Assembly: GCF_009914755.1 (NCBI RefSeq) | Contig: NC_060946.1 | Reading direction: 5' to 3' (one strand) | DNA from: the human T2T-CHM13v2.0 reference genome, Homo sapiens | DNA length: 64,000 nt | Shown here: piece by piece, positions 30,996-42,685 of the stretch | Numbering within the stretch: position 1 is the first letter of the stretch | Layout of the letters: the number at the start of each line of letters is the position of its first letter | Notes under the pieces: model-generated | Seen by the model: the letters and a program-made list of their open reading frames with translations, nothing else | Database searches by the model: none | Told to the model about the DNA's origin: nothing | Made by a program: the position numbers and the translations under genes

Positions 30996-32230
30996 GTAAG
31001 TGGCTGTTTCTGGGGCTGCCTGGGCCTCGGCCCCATCCCCCTGACCTGGCCCCTCCAGGGCCCACAGGTAGGCTCTCTCCTTCAGTCCCCACAATGGTCC
31101 CGGGTTTAGGGACACCTGTCTCACTTTCTAGATGGGCCTGGGCTGGGGAGATGGAGGCGCTGTCCACAGCCCATGAGTGAGGGGGCCGAGCTGGGGCTCA
31201 GGGTGGGGCTCTGACGCCAGGGTTGGTGCTCTTTCTACCACACCACACTGCCTCTCTAACACTTATTGAGTGCCTGCTGTTTTGAGGTGCTGGGAGGTAA
31301 CAAAAGAACCCATGATCCCTGCCCTCGGGCTGCCCTAGGCTGCTAGAGAGAAAACGGGCAGTCCTGGGTGGCTGGGGGCAGGGCTGGGCTCCTGCCTCCG
31401 TGTTCCTCCTCAGTCTGGAAAGCTCCAAGGGGCTTTGCAGGGGATGTGCATTCTCAGGGCCTCCTCCTGGTCCCGGGCAAGTGTTCCCCACAAGCCCCAG
31501 AGTCACCCTCTCCTTTGTCCTTGTATGGTCATGTCTGGTCTACGCATCTCTTCTGCACACAACTGTGGTCTCGGAGGCCACAGATAGGCCCAATTCCATG
31601 TCCTCAGCACTTCGCCTGAGGCCAGCCTCTGCAGTGTTCGCCGAGCTCTTTGGAGATGGGCTGCACAATCCCACTCATGCGGCTAGCACTTCCGGGCATG
31701 TCCCATGTAGCAGGTGCAGTTCATCCTCAGAATAGCCCTGTGCTGTTACTGTCCCCATTTCACAGATGAGGAAAGGGAGCCTCTGAGAGGCCTCATAATT
31801 TCTCCAAGGTCTTATGGTTAGGGAAGCAGGGGGGTCAGGATAGAAGCCTAGGAGTGTAGGCTTTAACCACTAGGCCACACTGCCCTGCAGAGATGAAGTG
31901 GACACAGCTGTGCAGAAGGGCAGGGGCTGCAGGCACAGGCTGATCAAGGTGAGGTGGGCTCTCTCAACCAGCTCAGGGGGCTGAGGCTTGCTCACATCAT
32001 GTGGCCTGCATGGCCCACCAATCCTGTTCTGTGTAGATGAGGGTCTCCTGGAAGCTGGAGGGCATACCCGATTGAGGCTGTGAGTGTGGCCCAGGGTCCA
32101 ACACCAAGAATGGGCTCTCCAGACCCATGTTCCCTGAAGCACCAGGCAGGCTCAGCCTCCTGGAGGGTCCCTGAGGTGCTCTCTGGTCTGTCCCCGGCCA
32201 GGGGTCCTCACCACCCTCTCCTGCCTCCAG

Positions 32231-32371
32231 AGAGGCTGGCGGCGCTCAAGCTGGAAGCAGAGGACATCGCCCTGACAGCCACAAGCCAGAAGCACAAGCT
32301 CACAGTGGTGCTGGAGGCCGTGAACCGGAGTCTGCAGCTGGAGGAGTGGCAGGCCAAGTGGAGCGTGGAGA
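32231..32371 (+). CDS. PARVG: Gamma-parvin coding exon 4: (Q)RLAALKLEAEDIALTATSQKHKLTVVLEAVNRSLQLEEWQAKWSVE(S)
   Basis: ctgcctccag / AGA|gtacgt; 141 nt. Confidence 0.95.
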
Positions 32372-32750
32372 GTACGTGGGCCACAACCTGGCTACCCCTG
32401 GGGAGTGTGGGGCCGCTGGGGTCCTTCTGCTTCAGGCTTCTCACCCACCAGGAAGGCGCACTCATCCTTCTCCCAGCAGGGGTACAACCTGGGAGTCAGG
32501 AAGGAGGTAGAAGCCTCAGGCAGCCACAGTCAGGCATCTGGCTGAGCAGCCAACAGCCCAGCACACATCTGTGCCCTAGAGGGTGTTACTGCTGCAAAGT
32601 GCAGCCCAAGGATAGCAAACAGTCTCTGTTTGCTATCTGAATGACAGCCACTGTTGAGTTCCAAGTACCGTGGTCCGCCCATCCACACTCTCATTTCATT
32701 AAAGTATTGGAATATCTGCAGGGCCTGCTTATACAAAAAATGAGTGTGCC

Positions 32751-33030
32751 TGGTCGGGTGTGGTGGCTCACACCTGTAATCCCAGCACTTTGGGAGGCCG
32801 AGGCGGGTGGATCACCTGAGGTCAGGAGTTTGAGACCAGCCTGGTCAACATGGTGAAACCCCATCTCTACTAAAAATACAAAAATTAGCTGGGCGTGGTG
32901 GCCGGTGCCTGTAATCCCAGCTACTCAGGAGGCTGAGGCAGGAGAATCGCTTGAACCTGGGAGGCAGAGGTTGCAGTGAGCCCAGATTGCACCACTTCAC
33001 TCCAGTCTGGGCTACAAGAGTGAGACTCCT
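32751..33030 (+). mobile_element. Alu (AluS-like)
   Basis: Sense Alu consensus with degenerate tail. Confidence 0.93.
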
Positions 33031-33667
33031 TATCAAAGAAACACAAAAACCAAGAGAGCGTGCCAAACACCTAGACTTCCCCACCCCACCTGGTTCACAG
33101 TTTGGTATAGATTTCCTTCCCTTCAATTCTCCATAACCCCCCACCCCACCCAGATGAGAAAACTGAGGCTGAAAGAAGTTATGCAGCTTCTCCAAGGTTG
33201 GGCGGTGAGGATTTAACAGAGTCCGTTTTCAAACCCAGGTTTTGTTGGGTCCCATGCGCCTGCATTCGCAGCCTGTAAGGTCTCACAATCAGTAATTGAT
33301 GTTGATGAAATCAACCCTGAATTAAGTCACATGCAGCTGAAATCTAATGATCGTTCAGCCAGTGCCTTCCCAGAGGTCACTTGGTTGTTTCCGATTGTAA
33401 ACAGTGCTGCAGTAAACATCTTTGTGTCTAGAGCCCCTTCCACAAGGTAGATCATACCCCTGGGCTATATTCTAAGAAGTGAGATGATGGGGTGAAGTGT
33501 GATGATTTTTAGGTTCTGAACACGTATCTCCAGATCTCTGCTCTCCAGAAGGCTGGACACAGACCTCCTTGGTCTGCAGATGGTTGTTCTGACAGTGAGG
33601 AAGCCTCCATTTGGCTGCACGTTTTGGCGGCCTCCTGGGCTCTGACCTGTCTCCACTCTCTTCCCAG

Positions 33668-33783
33668 GCATCTTCAACAAGGACCTGTTGTCTACCCTGC
33701 ACCTCCTTGTGGCCCTGGCCAAGCGCTTCCAGCCCGACCTCTCCCTCCCAACCAACGTCCAGGTGGAGGTCATCACTATCGAG
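33668..33783 (+). CDS. PARVG: Gamma-parvin coding exon 5: (S)IFNKDLLSTLHLLVALAKRFQPDLSLPTNVQVEVITIE
   Basis: ctcttcccag / GAG|gtagca; 116 nt. Confidence 0.95.
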
Positions 33784-34381
33784 GTAGCAGCCTGGGCCCC
33801 AGGGATTTGTAAGCAGAAGCTGAGCCTCTTGGGCCCCCATTGCCGTACCCTGCATGGGTGGAGCTGGCTGGGGCGGGGCTGACCCAGGGTGAGTTTCAGG
33901 GAACCCTGAGAAATAGAATCCAGCCAGGATGGCCAGGGGGTGCTGTCTGGAGCTGGGGACGGGCTGGTAAGGGTCTAGTGGGGCTGGCGGAGGCCTGGGG
34001 GCATGAGGAGGTCCACGGCTGGCCAGCTCCACTTGACCTCAGCAGAGGGCATCTGGCTGGCAGAGGCTGAGGCCAGGGGCTGTCAGGCCATATCCCTGAG
34101 CCATGCGTGGCCGTCCGTTCATTGCCACGGGGAGCCTTCACGCCCTGAGCAAAACCAATGCTCTCACCATGAGGGTACTGTCTCCTGTGAGATTACCGAT
34201 GGCTGTGACAGTGCCCTGTTCTCTTTCTAGGAACCTTGCCGGGTTTCCCCACCCTCAGATGTTCTGTCTAGCATGCGGCCTGCCTGTGCTGCGGTTAATA
34301 CCCAGGAATCCACGACTTCCCTCTCCAGACAGACTCTGAGCATCACAATAGGGGGCCCCACCAGCTCTTTGCTTCTCATGA

Positions 34382-34815
<434 letters not shown>

Positions 34816-35166
34816 TTTCTACTGTTTTTTAAAACCATTGATTATAATTCCCTACCAAGCAGTTGTGTGGCTTGGTCTATACTGCCAACATAAATCAGAA
34901 GTGACTTCATTGATTCACTCCTTCACCATTCATTTGTTCATAGTCACATGCTCATTGATACTGCCCTCCTCCCACTGTGAGACTCTGGGGATGCCTTGGG
35001 GAGTGAGGCAGACACATCCCCAACCTCAAGACTCCTGGGGAAGAAAGACAATTAAGCCAGAGGCTGTCCTGAGGAGGGATGATACAGAGCAAACGGATCA
35101 CTGGGGCTTCTTTGGGCCCCAGAGTTTTCTGGATTATTTAATTTCTTCCCCCTTTATTTTTCTTAG

Positions 35167-35222
35167 AGCACCAAAAGTGGTCTGAAGTCAGAGAAGTTGG
35201 TGGAACAGCTCACTGAATACAG
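35167..35222 (+). CDS. PARVG: Gamma-parvin coding exon 6: STKSGLKSEKLVEQLTEY(S)
   Basis: tttttcttag / CAG|gtgagg; 56 nt. Confidence 0.93.
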
Positions 35223-35569
35223 GTGAGGGAAGGATGAGGGCCCATGGGTGGGGCTGGGGCTCACAGCGGTGGATGGGGGCAGGGTGGGGGCCAGGGCAGA
35301 TCTGCCTGACCTTTGTGGGAAGGGCCCTCACATTCTGTGGCTTTCTCTCAGACCCGAAAATGCTGCGCTGACCTCTCAATCCCACGGCAGCACACAGGAC
35401 CCCTTTCTAGCCTCCAACCAGGTCCCTGCCTGGCCCCTCCCAGCCACCCTGCTTTGTTTTCTAGGGTGGGGGCCCCTGGGTTTGGGGTACAGGGCCCAGT
35501 GAATCTGTCTCTCTAGTGTGAGCAGGATGTTCCTCTTTCCTTGCAAAGCTGTAAGAGTTAGAGGCCCCT

Positions 35570-35965
35570 GCATGGCCAGGGGCTGGCCGTCTTGCTGCCT
35601 GCCCACTTTAGGGTGTGACTGTCTTGTTCCCCGCCCACTTTGGGGGTGTGGCCGTCTTACTCCCCACCCACTGGGGGGTGTGGCCATCCTGCTCCCTGCC
35701 CACTGGGGCATGGCCATCCTGTTCCCTGCCCTCTGGGGAGTGGCCATCCTACCTCCTGCCCACTGGGGCATGGCCACCTGCTCCCCACCTACTGGGGTTG
35801 ACCATCCTGCTCCCTGCCCACTGGGGCTGGCCATACTGCTCCCTGCCCACCGGGGGTGTGGCCATCCTGCTCCCTGCCCACTGGGGCTGGCCATACTGTT
35901 CCCCACCCACTAGGGCTGGCCATCTTGCTCCCCGCCCACTGGGAGCATGGCTGTCCTGCTCCCCA
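35570..35965. repeat. ~30-bp minisatellite (cactggggctggccatcctgctccctgccc), about 13 copies
   Basis: Tandem periodicity directly visible. Confidence 0.9.
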
Positions 35966-36329
35966 TGGAGCAGAACAGGTGGGGCCTGGAGAGGGATGGG
36001 CCCAGGGGCTGCACAGGCTGCCAACAGGTCCACCGTTGCTGGCTTCTGTGTGGCGCTAACTCACGATCTCTCACAGGGATGCAGCCAAGATGCTGGCCAG
36101 GTGGGGCTGCCATCCTCTGAAGGCTTGGCTGGGGCTGGAGCTGTGTGGACAGCACATGGTGTCTGTCTCTCCTGGCAGCCTTGGCCTCTGTGCTGAGCCC
36201 AGGTCTCTGTCACAGGCTGCTGGGCTCTGCCCCGTGGGCCCCAGCTTTCTTCTGGAGGGCTGTGGTTAGAGAGACTTGGCCTGCCCTGGACCTACAGAAC
36301 TTCTCTTCTATGGGGTAGAGGTGGATCTA

Positions 36330-36645
36330 AAAACGTGACCAAAAAAAAAAGAAGAAGAAAAATTGTTCAAAAACAATAAAAATGGAGTGAAAGAAGCCAG
36401 ACCCAAAAGAGGACACGCAGTATGGTTTCATTTCCATGAACTTCCAGGACAGGCAAAACCAACAGATGGCAAGAGAAATCGCAGCTGTGGTCAGCGTAGG
36501 GAGGGAGAGGATGGAAGGGAGAACACGGGGGGTGCTGGGAGGTTCTGCAGCATGTAAGTGGGGGTGATCACACAGGTGTGTATGTGTAAAACGCACAAGC
36601 TGTGAGCTTACGATTTGTGCACTTTATGATGTGTGTGATGTATCT
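36330..36645 (+). mobile_element. Old L1 3' end fragment
   Basis: gagtgaaagaagccagaccc...tatggtttcatttccatgaa...aggcaaaac...tgtgcactttat. Confidence 0.65.
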
Positions 36646-36919
36646 CCCTCAGAACAGAACACGAACAACAAAACCAGCAAAGTCCAAATGTTTCTAGGTG
36701 TGGAAGCCTCAGGGAAGGGCATGAACCTGTTTCTGCCCTTTGCTTCCCACAAAGACCTTCTCTGCTATCTGCCCTACCTACAAAGCTGCCAGGAAAACCA
36801 CAAGCATGCCAGTTTCTTTGCAACCTTGCCAGCACTGAGGCTTGTCATATTGAGAAATTGTAGGTTTGCGGGGTGTTTTTTTTTTAACCATTTGTTTGCT
36901 TTTTCCACCCACTGCACAG

Positions 36920-36942
36920 CACAGACAAGGACGAGCCTCCAA
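36920..36942 (+). CDS. PARVG: Gamma-parvin coding microexon 7 (23 nt): (S)TDKDEPP(K)
   Basis: ccactgcacag / CAA|gtgagt; needed to restore frame between 35222 (phase 2) and 39274 (phase 1); gives the total of 996 nt. Confidence 0.88.
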
Positions 36943-37519
36943 GTGAGTACTTTCATCATTTTTGGAAATCTGTTCCTATCTGATGCGTGTTAATGCAGAC
37001 AAGTCTTAATGCAGGGTTAATTGCTGAGCATTCTCTCATTTCCCTGTCACTTGCTGTTTGTATCTCAAGCCTCATTCTTATTCATTTGTCCCTCTGTCTG
37101 TCTGTCCATCCATGGAGCTGGCTGCTCCTTCTCATGATACTGTTCCTGTGGGGAGAGAGATTTATAATTCACATGGGCAGTGATGGTGGAGTCTGTTAAA
37201 TGTGTGGGCTCTGGAGTCAGTGGCCTGGGTTCAAACACCAGTGTTCCCACTCATTAGCCACTTAAGTTTGGGCAAGTATCTTAACTTGTCCGTGCCTCAG
37301 TTTCCTCATCTATAAAAGGGCACTCACCTTTTAAACTGGCAGTGAGGGTTAAAGGAGATAATGTATGAGTGTGTTCAGCATGTGGGCAGTGCTCAATAGT
37401 GAGTGGGCAATAATGTGGCTTCTGCTCTTCTGACAGAGCTGTTCACCAATCAGTTGATTGTTCTAGTTGTTACTTCTTTCATGCATCCATTCCTTTGTCA
37501 CTGGTCTGGCCAGCTCTTC

Positions 37520-38092
37520 CCCTTCCCATCCATTAATCTATTTATCCATCTATTGATCCATCCTTTCTTCCATTCATCTATCTACTTACCCACTTATCCA
37601 CCCACCCACCTATCCATCCATCCATTCATACACCCATGCATCCATCAACCCATTCTTCCATTCATCTATCCACCCACCCATCCATTTATCCATCCCTCCA
37701 TCCATCCATTCATGCCTCCATTCATCCATCCACCTACCCATCCATCACCTGTCCATCCATCCATCCACCTATCCATCCATCAACCTATCCATCCATCCAT
37801 CCATCCATCCACCCACCCACCTATCCACGCATTCATCCATCCATCCATCCCTCCATCCATCCATTCATGCTTCCATTCATCCATCCGCCTACCCATCCAT
37901 CATCTATCCATCCATCCATCCATACACCCACCTATCCATATATTCATCCATCCATCCATCCATCCATCCATCCATCCACCCACACACCTATCCATCCATC
38001 CATTCATCTATCCACCTACCCACCTATTCATCCACCCATTCATCTATCTACCCATCCAACCACCTATGTATTCACCCATATCCATCCATCCT
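37520..38092. repeat. (CCAT)n degenerate tetranucleotide repeat
   Basis: Directly visible. Confidence 0.95.
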
Positions 38093-39273
38093 AACACTAT
38101 TTTTCCTCCCTATACCCTCCCCACTTAGACACATAGCTATGTGGGCAGGGATGCTATGAGGGGCACCTTCCCTGCAGAGGTAGAGATAATAACCTGCCAG
38201 GAGCTTCTGAGAATGGGGGCTGAGGAAGGCGGAGTTTGGGGAGAAAGGAGAAAGGAGGGGCAAGGAGGGCTGGCTGAGGATCTGTGTATGTAGCAGGAGG
38301 GGCAGCCTGAGGACATGAGGGGTTGCCCAGGGAGCAGTATTTTGGGCAGGGGGCAGCATGAGAAGTGGGTGTCAGAGGGTGAAGAAAGGACACAGAGCAG
38401 GGGCATTTTAACGTGCATGATGCTATTTGGTGCTACTTTTCCCCCTTCACTAACAAGGGAACTGAAACAGAGAGAGGTGCTGTGACTTGCTTAGAGTCAC
38501 ACAGCTGCTGAGTGGCAGAAGCCACAGCAAACTCAGGCCAGTCTGTGTATTTGGTGCCCAAGGACCAGTGTCCCCATGGGAGGTATGTTAGCTGCAAATA
38601 GCAGGAATCCAGCTAGTGCACAAAGGGCATTAGCCTGAGGACATGGGCACCCGAGGCTGGACCCCAGGGCCTGAGCCGCTGTTCCCAGACCCCAAGGGAG
38701 TGACTGAGTTGCTGAAGAGCTGGCCTTTTGCAGGCAGCAGGTTCAGACACTCTTGGGGGCGGGGGGAGGCAGCAGGGAGCAGTCCTCACTCAGCCAATTT
38801 AAAACCAAGGGGAGGAGACTCATGGACCCTGATCACCCACCTGTGGCAGCTCCCGTGGCCCTGGGGAGTGGAGTAGGGCCCTGGGAGGAGGGAGTGCCAG
38901 CTGGCAGATAAAGGGATGCAGCTGTGCAGATGTAGTAACAGGTGTCAGCTGCAGGAAGAGTGGCTGTTTATGAAGTCCTACTGTGTGCCCAGTCACTGTG
39001 CCATGGGGCCATGTGTGTTATCTGCTATGGAATTCCATCTCTGCAACAACCCCAGCTAGGGAGGCACAGAGAGAGACGGTGACTCCCCTGGGGCCACACG
39101 GCCAGGAGAGCAGTGACTCAAATCCAGGTCTGTTTTATTTGAGAACCATGATGTAAAACGACAGCTCCCTCTGGACTGGTTATTCTAAGAAACTTTTGTG
39201 AAAAAAAAAATTCCCTGTTTGGCACAAAGATAATAGCATCGTAATGAGGTGTTTATTGGATCTGTGTCTGCAG

Positions 39274-39332
39274 AGGACGTCTTTGATGAATTATTTAAGC
39301 TGGCTCCGGAGAAAGTGAACGCAGTGAAAGAG
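39274..39332 (+). CDS. PARVG: Gamma-parvin coding exon 8: (K)DVFDELFKLAPEKVNAVKE
   Basis: gtgtctgcag / GAG|gtagga; 59 nt; parvin DxFDxLF motif. Confidence 0.95.
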
Positions 39333-39465
39333 GTAGGAGAGATCAAAGCTCTCAGCGGCTCTCAGGCTGCCCACCCCACCCACTGCCCACCTGCGCTGTA
39401 GGAGGGAATCACGGGTCCTCCCATCACACCTGCTGTGTGCTAGGCCCTTGTTCTTCCCTGGTTAG

Positions 39466-39534
39466 GCCATCGTGAACTTTGTCAACCAGAAGCTGGACCG
39501 CCTGGGCCTGTCTGTGCAGAATCTGGACACCCAG
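39466..39534 (+). CDS. PARVG: Gamma-parvin coding exon 9: AIVNFVNQKLDRLGLSVQNLDTQ
   Basis: ccctggttag / CAG|gtaggg; 69 nt; follows a 133-nt intron. Confidence 0.95.
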
Positions 39535-41740
39535 GTAGGGACTGAGCTGCGGCGTCCCCAGGCAGGGCAGGGCCACTGGCCGTAGGAAGGAAAGAGGGTT
39601 CTGCAGGCCCTGGGAACCTGCTGTGTGGTGGGGGTTGCATCACCTCTTGGAGCCTTAGGGTCCCCCTCCCCGGTGGGACTGTTGCTGGCAGGCAGCAGTG
39701 GTCACCAGGGACATGGTGGGATCCCGGGGGGGGGAGGTGTGGGAACACTTCACAAAGCTGGAGTCACCTCGGCTGTCACTGCTTCTCATTGTTATAATTT
39801 TATTTTATAATTAATCTCAGACTAGCTGATGCCAAGACTTGAAGCATATGAGTCTTCCCTGCGTGGTTGTGTTCGCCCAAACAGAATTTATTAGATTTGT
39901 CCCATGTGCCAGGCGTAGGTGACAGCGCAGCCCAGCCGTCTGCAGGCTCCATGTCTCTCACAAGCACCCTGAGGAGCCCAGCCCCTCCCCCGGCTGACTT
40001 AAGTCGAATTTTCCCAGGAGCAGGAGCAGAATCTCAGGGGGTCAGCACCCACCATGGGCTGTGGCTTTCCACAGTGAAGCTGTGTCCCTGTAGGCTTCCC
40101 ACACTGCAGGGGAGCAGGGGGTGCACAGTAGCAGACCGGCTGCCAGCCCGGGGCCTGCAGAGTGGGCATGGAGTCTGCTGGATGCCAGTGGCCTGAATGG
40201 GACATGACGTAGGCATCTGGCCACCTGGGTTCTGCTGGGTGCTGGGGTCTGGGGTGGGGAGGGAGTCTGGTCCCAGATGGACCAGTTGGCTCATGAAGAT
40301 CGTAGCCAGAGCTGCTGACCTCTCAGAGAGACTCTGGATGGGCATTGGCTGGGGAGGGAGGGGTTAATGTACTCCCATGCCTAGTAGCTAAAACCAATAA
40401 AGCCCTCACTATGTGCCAGTCCCAGGGCAAAATGCTTTCCATGTTAACTCATTGAATCCTCTCCATAATCCTCTGAAGTGGGAACTGTACTACCCCACTT
40501 ACAGAGGAGGATGTTAAGGCACAGAGAGGTTAATTAACTTGTCTAAAGTCACACAGTGATAAGTAGTGGACCTGGGATTTGAACCCAGGCAGCTGGGGCC
40601 AGAGTTAGTGCTTATAACCACCTCACATGGTGGCCACGTGAGAAGTTTGTGTGTGATATGGTGTGGCAGCATGGCAGGGTGGAAGTATCACGCTCTGTAG
40701 CCAGACAGACACACATTTCCCTCCTGCGTCCACCACTTATGGGCCCTGGGGTCTGCTGAGAACCCTCCACATTTGCTGTGTGACCTTGGGTGAGTTACTG
40801 GACTTCTCTGAACCTCAGGCTCTTCTTCTTATAAAGTGGGTACAAGATAGCAACTTGGTAGAACTGTGAGTGATACATGAGCTGGTGAGCCCCACGTGTT
40901 TGGTATATTACCTGGCACGCTGCCGGCATGAAATAAGTGAGAGATTTGTAGTTTTATTATATTTTATGTGGGTATAAACAGGATGATTTCTGAGATTTAC
41001 ATTCTACCTGTTCTATCTGTATCTCTCCCTTGGTAAAATAATGGGTTTCAGAGACTCATGGCATGTGCAAAGGTGGTATTTAGAGACTGTTCAATAAAAT
41101 GGGGTAAGGAAGTCCCTTGCATTTCAGTTGTATTACCAAGGAATAGCAGCAGAAAAGATTTCAGGCCCAAACTAATAACATCGAAGCAGACTTAATATGA
41201 GGAAATTCCATTAAGGGCTTCGAATGGCAGTTCCTTCCAATATCCCATCCTGTGTTTTGTATCTTTGAAGAGACTCAATAGGATTATATTAACATATGAT
41301 ATGCTGGTGGCAGGGACGACAGCTTTATCTCTGAACATACAGACAGAACAGACAGAAATATTAATGTGGCAGCCGGCGAGATGAGCCTGGTGTGCTGCTC
41401 TCTGCCTTTCTCTGATGGAATAATTTTACACTTAACTCTGTTTTCCCCGGTGTTTCTGTAGCTTGTGGAAGAGCGTGCTGTTTAAAAACTGATATGAGGC
41501 TTTTCTGCAGTAAGTTTAGAAAGCACTCTTTTCACTGAGCATGTACTATATACCAGGCAGCCTGAAACCACTTTTTACCTGCAACCCTGTGAGGTCAGGC
41601 ATGTCTTCCCCACTTCTCATCAAGGCACCAGAGGCTCAGAGAAGTTGTATGACTTCCTTAGGGCCACACAGCCTGTAAAAGACAGAGTGGGCTTCGCCAG
41701 GCTTCTTCCATGTGACTGTCTCCAGTTCCTTCCTTTGTAG

Positions 41741-41842
41741 TTTGCAGATGGGGTCATCTTACTCTTGCTGATTGGACAACTTGAAGGCTTCTTCCTGCAC
41801 TTAAAGGAATTCTACCTCACTCCCAACTCTCCTGCAGAAATG
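41741..41842 (+). CDS. PARVG: Gamma-parvin coding exon 10 (CH2): FADGVILLLLIGQLEGFFLHLKEFYLTPNSPAEM
   Basis: tcctttgtag / ATG|gtaagt; 102 nt; paralogous to 1142-1243. Confidence 0.96.
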
Positions 41843-41977
41843 GTAAGTTTTCCAAGGATTTTTCTTTATGGTCTACCTCTAGGTGAACAGATATACAGAA
41901 CTGGCATGACCAGTCTGTTTATTCACTTCCAGGTGAAGTGAAGGGTGTAGGGGAAGCTTATTTGTCTATATGTCTGC

Positions 41978-42685
41978 CTATCCATCCATCCATCCATCCA
42001 TCCATCCACCTATTCACCTATCCATCCATCTACCCATCCATCCACCCACCCATCCATCCATCCATCCATCCATCCATCCATCCATCCATCCACCCACCCA
42101 CCCACCCACCCACCCATCCACCCACCCACCCATCCATCCATCCATCCACCCACCCACCCACCCGTCCGTCCGTCCGTCCATCCATCCATCCATCCATCCA
42201 TCCATCCATCCATCCATCCATCATCTACCTATCTATCCATCCCCATCTACCCATTATCTACCTACCTGACCGCCTATTAGCCCTCCTGTTCACCTACCAA
42301 GCCACCCACCATCTATGCACCCATCCATTTAACTGCCTACCTGACCATCCACCTAACTGCCTACCTGTCCATCCACCTACCTGCCTGTCCATGCACCTAT
42401 CTTCCTGTCTGTTTATTCATCTACCCAGTCCATCCATCCATCCATCCACCCACCTACCTGCCTGCCTGTCTACCCACCCATAGGAAGTTTATCTATATGT
42501 CTGTCTGTCCATCCATTCATTCATCCATCCACTTGCCTACCGGTCCATTCACCTGCTTGTCCTGTCATGCATCCATCTGTTTGTCCTTCAATCCATCTTC
42601 CTGTTCTGTTTATTGATCCACCCAATTTACCCATACACTTGCCTGCCCATCCACCCACCTGCTCATCCACCCATCCCCTACCCAC
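41978..42685. repeat. (CCAT)n/(CCAC)n compound repeat
   Basis: Directly visible; pure core 41980-42222 with a degenerate tail. Confidence 0.95.

Noticed and set aside
35376-36196. Repetitive ORFs and a CRISPR-like ~30-bp periodicity
   Set aside because: Head-to-tail minisatellite without unique spacers; eukaryotic intron; no cas genes.
37403-38128. 241-aa His/Pro/Ile-rich ORF (and similar ORFs at 41938-42483)
   Set aside because: Translation of the (CCAT)n repeat, which lacks stop codons on this strand.
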